Source: Trichoplax adhaerens
Lineage: Eukaryota > Animalia > Placozoa
Assembly: GCF_000150275.1 (NCBI RefSeq)
Contig: NW_002060949.1
Span: 1,981,836 to 2,045,835 of the forward strand
Reading direction: 5' to 3'
DNA: 64,000 nt
Part shown: in pieces, positions 1 through 12,360 of the stretch
Layout of the letters: each line of letters begins with the position of its first letter
Numbering within the stretch: position 1 is the stretch's first letter
The notes under the pieces: model-generated
Databases searched by the model: none
Told to the model about the DNA's origin: nothing
What the model saw: the letters and a program-made list of their open reading frames with translations, nothing else
Program-made: the position numbers and the translations under genes

Positions 1-1439
1 ATTGCTTGTTATACGCGTAATATCTTCGACTTTTAATGCAAGCAATCCGCATAATAATGATAATTTAAAAGACGCGTCTTCTCTATTTATCAAAGTCACT
101 AAGCAGACCAATAAAATAAATTGATTTATGGTGTTGATTATGGTATCGCTGCGTATACTTTTTATAAGGATGTTCCACGAGATTGTAACGTATAACCACA
201 AATGATGCTCATAAATAAGAACAAGTATTTATTTTTCACGCAGGAACTACATGAGCGAAATCAGTGCTCTTTCAGACACTGCTGACGCCTTTAGGCTTTG
301 TCCAACTAACTTGTAGTTCATCTAATGATCAGACTGTCAATAGGAATAACTATCACTTGAAATGGTGGAATAAAAAAATAATTTAATTCACTCATGACAA
401 AATTACGGACCTTATTATTGTGTGTACCTCTAACAAAAATGACAATAGCATATCTAAAACCCAAGTTTCTAATAAGAATATATATATATTTATAATTAAT
501 CCGCGTTAATTTGCCTTGTTCTTACCTGATTTGTGTTACAGACTTAGATTGAGACATCAATATCAAGTAACGTGGACGGCGAAAACATTAACTTTAATAA
601 AATAGTACGTAATATAATATTGAAAGTAATTTAGTTTAGCATTATTTGTTTGTTTATTTTAAGGCCGATTGACTTTAAGTCACCGATTAAAAGGGTGAAT
701 TCTGCTTTTAAATATTAATTTTTCATGTAAATTTAAATAAACTTTGCCGGCACTTGGTGAATCTTAACGTAGGCTTAAGCTTAACGGCCTAGCAAATAAA
801 GTGGTTGACCCTCCCAGCTTTGCTTACTAAATAGCCGTACCCCCTAGTAATAGCCATTATTGCGAAATTACTGTATTTCAGTTAATCGTGTATGTACAAT
901 ACAGAACAGTGAATAGTTTATGAAATTCATCTCGATTTTACATCACAACATAGAACTGAATGAAGTATAGTTCATAATTTTGGCAAATTTACACCAAGTG
1001 CGCATAAGATTTACAGTAAAGAATTTGCAATCGAGAAAATTTCGTCGTAAGAGTAGAATTCTTTACATACAAATGGCACGACATGGGTTGGCCGATGAGT
1101 CATTCGACCCGAACGCACAATGCTGCGGTTTTAAGTAATTGTCAGAATATTGCGGAGGATCAAGTCATAGCATCTATATTACAAGATCACCCGTTCGGTA
1201 TACGCGTTTGAAATTTACGTGGTAGGGTAATTTACTCTTGATTCAGTATATTACACAAATCGATAATCACGATTTTATAATCTGTTCGAGGTAAATTCTA
1301 TTCCTTTGAAAACGTGGTGAATAAACTGCAGTTTACTGTATACATTCAAAATTAGTAATAATTTCATCTCGCAGCAATCATAACTTTCCAATATTTAACG
1401 TTTTGCTTCTTGCAAAAGTAACCAGTACAATTTCAATAA

Positions 1440-1927
1440 CATGAGTAGCAATTTTGCCATGGTAATGTGATTACATATGGTAGGATCTAAGAGCTTTAAA
1501 GGTACGGTGATATTATTATACAGATACATATGCATCCATTTGTATCACTTCCTTCTCCATATGTTATCTAAGACCAGGGACTTTTCTCTTAGAAATCCTT
1601 GCTAAGATATATAACTATGTGCTATCCTAGCGTCGAGAGATCGGTACCTTTCGAATCCAATATTTGTAGCGAGGAAAGTGACAAAATAAGTATACGCACT
1701 GTATTGATCTCAGGTAAACGATCATTGTCGTAATACAGTGTATACCGTAGTTTAGGGGAATTCGCTAGCGAAGTTGCTAAAATTAAATTATAGGTGGTAC
1801 TTTCTAGGAACTTAATGCTCTGTAGAGTTTTTAAGTTTGGGTTATATTTACGGACATGGAAATTATTCATCAACATCGTATTAGAATACGCCGGGACTGG
1901 TGTTGTTTCCGTACGATTCTTTTCCAA
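1440..1927 (-). pseudogene. Possible decayed leucine-rich-repeat coding fragment
   Basis: ORF 1622-1927 contains LRR-like PNLKTL, PKLRYTL...NDRLPEI and LSSLQILDSKGTDLSTL. Further LKLLD-like snippets follow after stops. Confidence 0.3.
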
Positions 1928-3219
1928 GATCTATGCAAATCTTGTACTCTCGTATAGTAAATACAGAGTAGTCATGTAATTTATAATTTCCATCTACATG
2001 TTAAAAAGTAAATTACACTTTCTTATAAATCCCCTGAGCGAAAAAGAACTTATTCGTAGTTTATTATTCGGACCATTAAAATTATTATATTCACACAATT
2101 TTCTTAGATAGGTTATCACAAATTCTTTTTTGAAACATGATTTGCTTATGTATTATACAGTAGCCTGTTAAGGTACGTTAATCTTTGTTACAGATATGTG
2201 AACCTTAAGCTTTAGGATAAGCACATTTTATCAAGAAAGATTCTAGAGAATTATAATTAATTAGTATAAAGTTGGCATTAATAGACTGTCGCAAGTTAAA
2301 TAGCCAGACAAGGTCAAGAAAGAGTTTCAAGCAGTATCGGTGCTACCTCAGACAGTAGCAAATTAATAATAATAACGTATTAATGGCTATAATGCTATAA
2401 ACAGAAGCAATATCTTATGTCTTATACTACAACATCTTCTGTAGCCTTCTACGGATATGTAATTTAGGATTTAAAATATCGCATCAACCCAAAATTTTGT
2501 TACGGTAAGAGGAATTACATTGGATCTAATGAAACATATTGAAATCTGATGATGAAAGATGTTACATACTAAATGAAAGCAAATGAAATGTCTCATCAGC
2601 AGTAAATTGTTACGATTAAATCACTAGAAGAGTATATAGTACACGAATATAGATATCTTTCGAAACCAAAAAACCTATCCTACTGTCGGATTGGTCATTA
2701 TTACTGAATATTCATAAACCTATGAAAGTAGCTGCTATAATACATCAGAACAAATTGTACATTTTAAAACAAATCAAGTAAGTAACAGTCACAATGAATG
2801 ATGATTACTTGCATTATCACACATACCCGTACATTCAGAAAGATTCTTAAAGAAACACCTGTTACGCGTTAAAAATAATAAATACAATAACTGTAACAGT
2901 TTATCAATGCTATCAAATTAAGCAGGCGAAATGTAGTCAAACAATATTATCAATTAAATGTTGCCCATTTTTGATCAGCAGAAATATTGGACCTAGCTAT
3001 ATCAACATCAATTTCATAATCTTATTAAAACATTTTAGCATAATGGCTACAGTATCGTACAGTAAGGCAAGTTTTATTAAAAATTTTTCAAGTTATACAG
3101 TGGAAACTTCTTTAGTACAATAAAAAATTGATTTGAAATCTTACTGGACAGCTTCGAATTTCTTTTAAAGTTACATCAAGAAAAATTAGATACTTTATAT
3201 CGTCATATAAATTTCTAGA

Positions 3220-6200
3220 TTACTGATCCTCCAAGTAACTATCTTTATCTTCGAAAAAATGCTCTAAACTTGATTGCAATGCCTGAAATGTTAACCGCTG
3301 TTCTGGATCTTTTTGCCAGCATTCCAACATTAAATTATAATAATGCTCAGGACAATTGCTAGGACATTCCAACCTGTAACCACACTGTATTTTACTGATT
3401 ACCTCTTGACCTTTCATACCGATATACGGTTGGCCACCATATGTGATAACTTCGTACATTAGTATACCAAATGACCACACGTCAGACTTGATACTAAATT
3501 TACTGTATATTAAGGCTTCAGGAGCCGTCCACTTGATGGGTAGTTTCGTGCTCGCTTCCGGTTTGCTAGCATATAAGTCGTCACGAGCTAAACCAAAGTC
3601 GGCTACTTTGCATTCCAAATTTTCTCCTACTAATACATTACGAGCAGCCAAATCACGGTGTATATATTTTTGAGTTTCTAAATATGCCATACCGTACGCA
3701 ACTTGCGCTGTTATATTGATCAATTGAGGGAGCTGTAGTTTATGTCCTCTATCTTTATCACGCAAATAGTCTAATAAGCTGCCATTTTCCATTAATTCTG
3801 TAATGATATAGATAGGTTCGCTTTTACATATTGCATATAATTGAATTAGTTTAGGGTGCCTTAACTTCTTCATAATAGCAGCTTCTTTGAGAAATTCTAT
3901 TCCTGACATGGTACCCTGTTTCATTGTTTTGACAGCGACGGGTGTTGTATTATTCCAAAGGCCGCGGTATACCTCACCAAATGCTCCTTGACCAAGCTTC
4001 TCAATTAATTTAATAGATGTACGCGAAATTTCCCAGTCTTGATCCGTAATATATGATAATCCCTCTGTTGATGGTTGCCCAATCTATAAGAAAGATATGG
4101 AAAACATGACGTAAATTTAAAAAGCCCTCTGAAGTGCATCTGATGATATATAATATCTTATTCATTTGGTGATGATTCGAATAAAGCTGCTGTACTAGAT
4201 ATCTGCGAGCTAACACTACAGCAAACAAAAATGCTACTCTTCTACGTTATAGAATAATTTGTATTGTTATTAGAAAGAGTAAAGAAGGTGGTATGACTGT
4301 GCATCATGGTACACATGAGAATTCTATATCATATTTAACTTTTTAATCATTTGAATGCGTTTTGCGTGGTTAGTTCATTAATTACTATACTCACTTATGA
4401 ACAGAGAGCATAAAATTCTTAGCTTCTACAGTATAATTCTATTAGTGTTCAATTAAACACACTGCTGCACGCTACAATATAGTAGTCTATATTATATGTA
4501 GATTTTGAATTTCTAAACAGACGATAAAAAGTTTTGACCTAAGTAATACTACCTACGGGAACTATTTTCAAATACGCTTACGAATATCACAAAATATATG
4601 CAGTAATATATATTACTTTTAGCGGTTTAAGTTAATAAGGCGTTCGATAATTACTGAAATCGGTCTAAAACACAGAATTTTATCTTATTATTTAAATATT
4701 GTAACTGTGATTATGTTGCTACGTCTGTAAACATTATTATAGTGCTAACGATGTAATTAAATGGGAATGATATTTGAAAAGTAATGGTTATTCCACATAC
4801 CACTCTGCAAGGTTGCTTTAATTTCGTACATAATCCATCAGGCTTATGCGAATAATGCTTCACTAAATCCTTAAGGGAAACAAATTGTCGAGTTCTGGCA
4901 ATATAGTACTTATTGTCTTCAGATCTTCTAATACGGTAATGCTTGATGGTGTTGTCGATACGAGTAGATAGAGAGTAGTCGTTTGCTCGGGTTTCGCTGG
5001 TACGAATAAGGAAAGAGCCATCTGTATTTACATCAGTAAGTAACCTCATTTCTGCTTCACTTCGCTTAGTATGGCCAAAGTACCAACTAGAATAAAAGGA
5101 TTAAGTAGGGGAAATTATCATCTATAGACTAAGCTAAAATCAGTATCAACACTTTAAATAGGATATTTTTGGTAGAAATGTATGAACGAGCAGAATGGCC
5201 ACTAAAGCTTTATCAGTTTAGTTGGCTTTAGTAGTACAAGCATTTTTCTAGCGCCGTTGTACTGTTCGCAAATTGCAGAAGATGTGACTACGGATTTTAT
5301 AATGTTAATTGTTGAATAAAGATAATACATAAAAATTAAACGGATTAATTCACATTTCGGTGCGAGTTTAATCAATAATTCATAATTATATATCCAAATA
5401 GCACTACAGTATACTTTCACACTTCTCACAAATATCATAAACTATAAGATAGATCATCCATGTGATGACCTAAATTATTTGAAAAAGTCTCCTATTATTA
5501 TTATTTAGCAATATTGCAATTGAAGTATAAAGTGAATACGTCATTAAAATTAAAATTAATGAAAGGTGAAATGTCCGCTAGCTCTGCTGAAAACTTTGTA
5601 ATTGCTCGCTCGCCATATAATAGAAATAATAAAGAGCAAATTCTCCAGGAATGTTAATACAACAGCGTTAATCTATATAATCATTCGATCAACCTACAAG
5701 TGAAATGAGATTAAGACGTCCTTAAAAGTTGACGGTAATTCAGGGATCAGATGGGTAATATACTCGTACGAGGAATTTGGATTAGTTACTTGTCATTGTA
5801 GACTGTCCTACGATTTCATTGGCGATGAATCGAGGAAAATCTAGACTAACGCTACTATCACCCTAGATTCAGATCATTACAGACATTTGTTTCTTTCGAA
5901 TAATTTAGGCAATGAACTCGTACTTTCACTAACAGTCCTTTTGACAAATTATTTCTGAAGTTTTTGTATTATCTGTGCTGTGACAGCATTACTTTTCATT
6001 TGGATAGTATAACATGCAATTGGTCATACAGCACATGTGATGGATGATATGCATAGAGGTAATTTGGATATCCATGTGGGTCCTTTATTAAATTAACTAA
6101 TAGCATTTATAATTATCGAATCAGAGCTGCGATGGACTAAAGCTAAAGAAATTGTAGATGAATATAAAAATGGCATCAACCTGCAGGCTAAAATCTAGTT

Positions 6201-8482
6201 ATCCAGTGGCGTATGATGTTAAACCCTTAGGCAATCAAGCTTATCCCAATCACAGAAAGTGCTCTATCTCATCAGATGCCATTTTTTTCCGACCTTTCCT
6301 TTTACGTTAAGAGTCTATAGTAAAATTGATTCCTATTCCTTGAATCATCAATACTTCATCATAAAATTGCTCCAAGTCATGGCAAGAGAGCATCAGTTAT
6401 AAACGGTACACCGATTACTTTACATTCATCTATTACAAAAAGGCGATGCAACCATTTAAGTTAGCATTTAAATCTGCTTCTGTACTTTAATTTTCAGCAA
6501 TTTGTCAGCTGTTAGCAGTCCTTGACAAAGAGCAGCGCTTAACTTTGTTGACTGTAAATAATACAGTACCTAAGGGCTTTTATCGTACAATTAATATTTA
6601 ACATTTTGACTCAATGCTTCAAATTGAAATCGAAATGACGTAATACCTTGTGGGATAATACGAATACATAAGGAATTCTACTGCTAATGGAAATCAATCG
6701 TTAATCAGAATTAAATGGGCGTTCAAAGTCAGCCAAGAAGTAAGACTGTAAGAAGAGTTTAGTCTACAGTATGATTAGTTTACATAGGCTAATCACTATC
6801 GAATATCAATTTGGAGAAAGGATTGACCAGTCTAAGATTGCCAAGATTAGCTTGTCGATTAAATAATATCTTGCAAAATAGTCAAATCTCGATATTCTAA
6901 TCTTTATTAATGACTAAGCCGTAGCATACTGTACTGTATAGTACTTGTGCATTCATTAAAAACACGCCTTCAATTAAGGAGATTACTGGCTGCAATAAAA
7001 TGAACAAGATAGGCAATCTTTAGCCCAAACGTGTAATTCAACATCAGGAAAAAGCAACAATGAAATGTGTTGTGTAACTGTCAATATTTTTCGAGAACTC
7101 AATCATACGCTATAGCTCTTCGATAAAATAAATGCAACGGATTTAAAATTCTACTGATCAACACCCATAGGTGAAGATTTACAAATTTTACTCCAATTTT
7201 GTTGATTACACTGTATACGGTAAAGTACAGTTAACGGCTGTGAAAGTTCTGCGTAACTGCTTTAGTTTGTAGTTGGGTTGGACGAAGGATCACTCCCCAA
7301 AAAGTTTTTGACCGTGGTTACATTTATATCAAATGTAACTAATTTAAAAGACGTAACATAGCGGATAAAAATGTAATTTTATCATGTAATAGATAGTTTG
7401 TAAATAGAATACTAACATTTTTCTCCCAACTGCAACAAGAATCAATTTCTATTACAATATTCTATGAGTATACAAATGACTGCATTGATCGTTGAGAGTT
7501 TTAAAACGCATACAAACGTATTTTTGTACAGATTTACAAACAGCTTGAGTATTATTTTTTTTTTTTGGTGGGGGGGGGGGGGGTTATCCGGCGCAATATT
7601 GTATCGCACTTTGTCTCTTGCTGGCATATGCAACCTAATCCAAGACTACTCTGGTAATTCTGTGGATAGCAGGTCGATATTATGGGTGAAAAAAAAGGAT
7701 ATTATTTGTTGTCCTTTACCGTTAGTGTAACAGAAGTTGTCCTATACTGTAGGTCATTATCGTCGATGGACGGTGGGTACTTTGGATGTTTTTGGGAGAC
7801 GGGGAGGGTTAATATTGACTATTTCGATGCGGTCTTTCGCTTAACTACGTCGGCATACGTGCAATATACAAGCAAAACTGTCGATCACATCGGACATTAT
7901 CGATAGAAACTAATTTTGACAAGTGCGGCCATACTCCTTCTTATACGTTAAACATGACGGTATAGAATGTTTATATGAAAGACCATACGCTATGTGGCAG
8001 GGATATTGTGTTATTATTGTAACGCAATATCGCACAATCAACAAATAAGATAGAAATCAACATATTGCGAATGTCTATCAAAGTGAAAAGAGAATTTCAA
8101 CATGACGAAGGACTTACGGTTCTGCTTCAAGTGATGTAATATCAGCGACATAATTTCGGGGAATATAACCCGTACGGCCAGTACGTCGAGAGCGAGCAAA
8201 CCACCAGTCTCGACCTGATGTAGTATACCTTCTTTCAACGTCCATTTCTTCACCAAGTGCAAATGGTAAATCGTCGGCTGTACGAGGCGTATAATTATAC
8301 AAGGCACGCACGATTACTGTTTCTTGATTTCCATTTACTCGTTGGATTGGATTATCAGGGCGTCTAGGCACTGTTGGCCGTACAGCTTGTCCCTCGGTGA
8401 TGGCATTAAACGGCCGAGGATGATGGCTTGGAGTGGGTTGATTAGGAGATGATAGACGGAAACAGGTCAATGTATTGCCCAT
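3220..8482 (-). CDS. Src-family (FRK/Src42A-like) tyrosine kinase, copy A; 3 coding exons 8482-8118, 5086-4801, 4083-3220
   Basis: Exon 1 starts MGNTLTC (myristoylation Gly2) and carries the SH3 domain (ALYNY...DWW...GYIPRNYV). It splices CC|GTAAGT...TTCTAG|T into the SH2 exon (WYFG...GSFLIR...DGLC). The kinase exon has [29 protein letters not shown] and a C-terminal tail Tyr (DSYLEDQ). Splice phases are consistent and the frame is intact. Confidence 0.93.
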
Positions 8483-9468
8483 GTTGAAATAGTAAAGGAG
8501 AAGCAATGTCGTCAACTAATGTCAGTGGGCAAATGTGAATAATATTAATCAATTTTTTTTTTTCAACCGATTGAAGACGAAAGTAGGCCAATTGCAACGT
8601 TTCCTACCCAAGCTTGCAATAGAATGGATGCAATCAATATAACAGCAGATGAAAAGTATTTACAATTAATTGAGATTAATTGTGGCTGAGGATGAACAGT
8701 TGGAACTGTAGTCCAGTACAAGGCCAAAGGAAATGGTATAATTTTACAGGTCTATTTTGTATTATGGGACGAGTATTGTCTTTCTTGGGTACAGGTAATC
8801 GATGACAATCAATTTGATGATGGATAAAATGATGCAAAAATTGCAATGGTAGAGTAGTGGATCCCAAGCAAACAAGGCGTCTACTGCTTAATTTAGCAAT
8901 GGTGTCGTCAATCTTCAAGATAGAAGTAAAATAGTCACTCTCTTTTCTTTTACAGCGCTACTGCCTGATACTATTGAAAGTGTTGTTGCCAGTCTAGTGT
9001 CGATCAACAAGGTTGGCAAGGATGGAAGAAGGGCAATGACATCACCTTTTTTTTTTTTTAAAATGAGGGAGTCGTCTGGTTTGTTTGGCGTTTTCCACGC
9101 AATGGAAACTAGTCAGATAACCAGGACATGGACAGTGGATTGATGCAGTAAGAAAACAGATCTACTTCTACTGTAGTAGAATGGAGTCTAATCGGATTTG
9201 CCGTCGATTGCCTGTCAATTTAGTAAAATAACGCTGACTTTGGATTGTCCAACACGCATCTCCTGGTTCTCCTTGTCGACGATCCCTTCAAACTCTTCAT
9301 TGCTTAACATCAACGGTAGCGGCTACGATATCACGTTTGTCGTGCACACCCGTAGTCACGTCCAGGATGTCCGTACGTCCACTAGACCCTTTCTATTGTC
9401 ACTCTCGCTGGTTAACATTGAGTGAAAATCTCAAGGGTCAAGCGGACTGTTTGTCATCCACACCCGTA

Positions 9469-10560
9469 GTACCGTACTGTACAGTGTACAGTACAGTACT
9501 GTACAATACTGTAGACGAGACCGTTTGGATTGAAGCTGATACTGTAGTACTGTACAGTACAGTACAGTACTGTACAGTACAGTACAGTACTGTACACTGT
9601 ACAGTGGGTAGTAGGTACTGTAATCAGGACACTCTGTCGTCGCGGTCATCCAGATAGAAACGCAGATCTCGATCGTAGCGGTGTATCACTTTGTATCACG
9701 TGAGTTTTCTATGGTGTAGTGTACCGTGTACGGTACAGTAAAAAGTACTGGCGTTTCTACTACAGTACAGTACTGTACTGTACACTGTACACGACACTAG
9801 AGCTGGTTCACCTACAGTGTACAGTATGTCCAGTGTACAGTACAGTGTACTGTACTGGAAAACAGAAATTTAACTACGGATTCGAAATCTTCAACTAATG
9901 GCACTATCGTTTGAATTACTTTTTACATGATTTGGTCAATATTAAAGCATTTACAGTACTTATTTATTTAATAATCTGGAACGAAAAAGATCACGCCGAC
10001 GTGATCCAATTCATTGGCTATTGCAATTTTTGACCATCAATTTGTACAAAATTGATGGTCAATGTATATCTGCATACGAAGGTTGATCACGATTGGTCTT
10101 TTTTTTTTTAGCGTTTTCCCAATAGTTTTTCCCATTCAAATATATGGAAGAAAATGGATGACAATCTGTACAGTACTTGCCGCCCAGCTAGTAAAAAGCT
10201 GTGCTATTAGACACCGGTGAACCAGCTCTAGTGCATAAGTGCACGTACACTGGACGTACAGTACACTGGACATCGGTGAATCAGCTGCAGTGTCGTGTCC
10301 AGTGTACAGTACAGTGTACAGTTTCAGTACAGTACACTGTACAGTGTACAGGACTGTACTGTACTGTACAGTGGAATCGGTGAACCAGCTCTAGTGTCGT
10401 GCACAGTGTACAGTGTGTCGTGTACAGTTCCAGTACAGTGCACTGTACAGGACTGTACTGTACACGACACTAGAGCTGGTTCACCAATTCCACTGTACAG
10501 TGTATAGTACAGTAATGTACAGTGTACAGTACCGTATACAGTACAGTACAGTACAGTAGA
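9469..10560. repeat. Low-complexity TACAG/CTGTA palindromic array containing five copies of a 23-bp element in both orientations
   Basis: Dense runs of tacag/tgtac/ctgta at about 9470-9620, 9720-9860 and 10240-10560. GGTGAACCAGCTCTAGTGTCGTG occurs at 10379-10401, with a partial copy at 10216-10233, a variant at 10275-10297 and reverse-complement copies at 9790-9812 and 10463-10485. Confidence 0.85.
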
Positions 10561-12360
10561 TTGAAGCGGTCTGCTACATCAACTTCACCAATGACGAGTC
10601 TATCATTGCAGCCGTTTTTGCATGTTTTAAAATCCAAAATTGACAAGATTGTACAGTAAATAAGCGCATACAATATACCATCATATACAGTGACAATTGG
10701 AAATTTGAAACGACCTTAGTTTCGTCATTGTACTTTGAACACCTCTAGCTTATTTCTAGGGCAAATGATGAATAAGAATTTGGTTAGCATATTCAGCAAG
10801 TGGAGAGCTTACGTTATCAACTGATAGGCCTTTTTGCCAACTAGGTATACAGTACTGTACAGTAATTTGCCTCCATATTCACACAATGAATAGTTGCTTG
10901 TTTTCCTGTACAACAACTCAATCCAAATGTGCTTTAGGAAAAAATAGTCACAGTTGTATTAGTGCAACAAATTTGATCACCATTTATCCAGGAGAATATT
11001 TTGGACGTTCCAAGAGAGTTGGACAGAGTAGCCCCTGTTATTTTATACAGTTGTAACGAGTAGCATCACAACGACAGTAATGTAAATCCTATTGAACGTA
11101 CCTCACATGAAAAAACCTACTGCAATATGGAACAAATACTCACTACGNCAATGGTAAGCGCTACGTACAGTACTGTAAGCGAGGAAAAGCATCGGTAATA
11201 AATGATCCAATACAGTATATATCAGGAGAATACTGACATAGTCATTAAACTAATGATATAATAATAATCTCACTACTCATATATAAATGCTGTGCATATT
11301 TGATTGTGAGAAGGTAAAATGATGAATTACAGTACATCCATTTCGAGAAATACCAATGCGCTGTTCCGTGTATTATAGAATTACCTACCAATGTATAATA
11401 ACTATCAACTTACGCATATAATATAGAATCATCGCTAATATAACTAGAAAATCTAAAATACTTGCATGTTACACACTCATGGTACACATCACATTGAATA
11501 TGGAGATATAGGGCAATTTTTCATCGGTTAAGTGCTTTTAAAGGCCGATGTGACATGGTAAGAATAGCATAGAATCATCTTAAGCTCACAATGCGCTAAT
11601 AAATGTTATGATGTTATGTTACATTATCGGTGCGATCTCTGAGAAGAGCAATACTTAGACTTAACACAATATTCTAGCTAGATCCTCTTCAATTTTAACG
11701 ATATTCTTCTTTCAAAAAATATATACTCGTATATATATATATATACAGTATATATATATATTAATTCAATGATACGTACCAGTACAAATAGACTGATCTA
11801 TTGTTAGTATCTATATAACCTAAAGTGCTGATTAGACTAGTCCCACTGGCGAAGCTCTACTTTAAGTTGATTTACAGTACAAACAAGATCACCATTAAAT
11901 AAGGGAGGCCCTTTAAGTAGAAGATTTATATTTCCTATCTAGTTGTCACTATCAACATTTATATGGCTATATTAGTAACTATTTCAAAAGAATGATATGA
12001 AAAATGGAAGCCCTATAAATTGCATTATCGTATTAAGAATTTAGAACAATCATAAAATAGAAATACTAGTATATTATCTTCTGAAAGATAACAAGCTAAT
12101 ACCAATTTTGCAACAGATCGCGCAAGATAATTTAATAATGTTTTACATATCAGCATAATTTACACAAAAATGTAAATCATAGCAATAGTACACTTTGTAC
12201 CCTATATAGAAGATGATGGACAAGTAACAGTTACTAAAAGTTTGCAATGACTTGATTGTAGTTATAACTGCTACTATACAGTATATTGTCCTTCTCAATT
12301 TATCTTGAATTTGCTTTTTTACTTGAAATTCGAAAATTTTATATAAAATTGAACAATCAA

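Noticed and set aside
6050-6200. C-type-lectin-like snippet ([11 protein letters not shown]) in kinase A intron 1
   Set aside because: It is too short, stop-interrupted and lacks the conserved Cys pattern.
7555-7583. Poly-T/poly-G run in kinase A intron 1
   Set aside because: Simple homopolymers with no supporting context, and error-prone in assemblies.
9790-10485. 23-bp repeat as a CRISPR-like array
   Set aside because: The copies are in mixed orientation, spacing is irregular, spacers are low-complexity, there are no cas genes and the context is eukaryotic.
9337-10673. ORFs rich in YSTV/CTVL (9337-9657, 9431-9649, 10201-10383, 10295-10507, 10470-10673)
   Set aside because: They are translations of the TACAG/CTGTA repeat on both strands, not protein-like.
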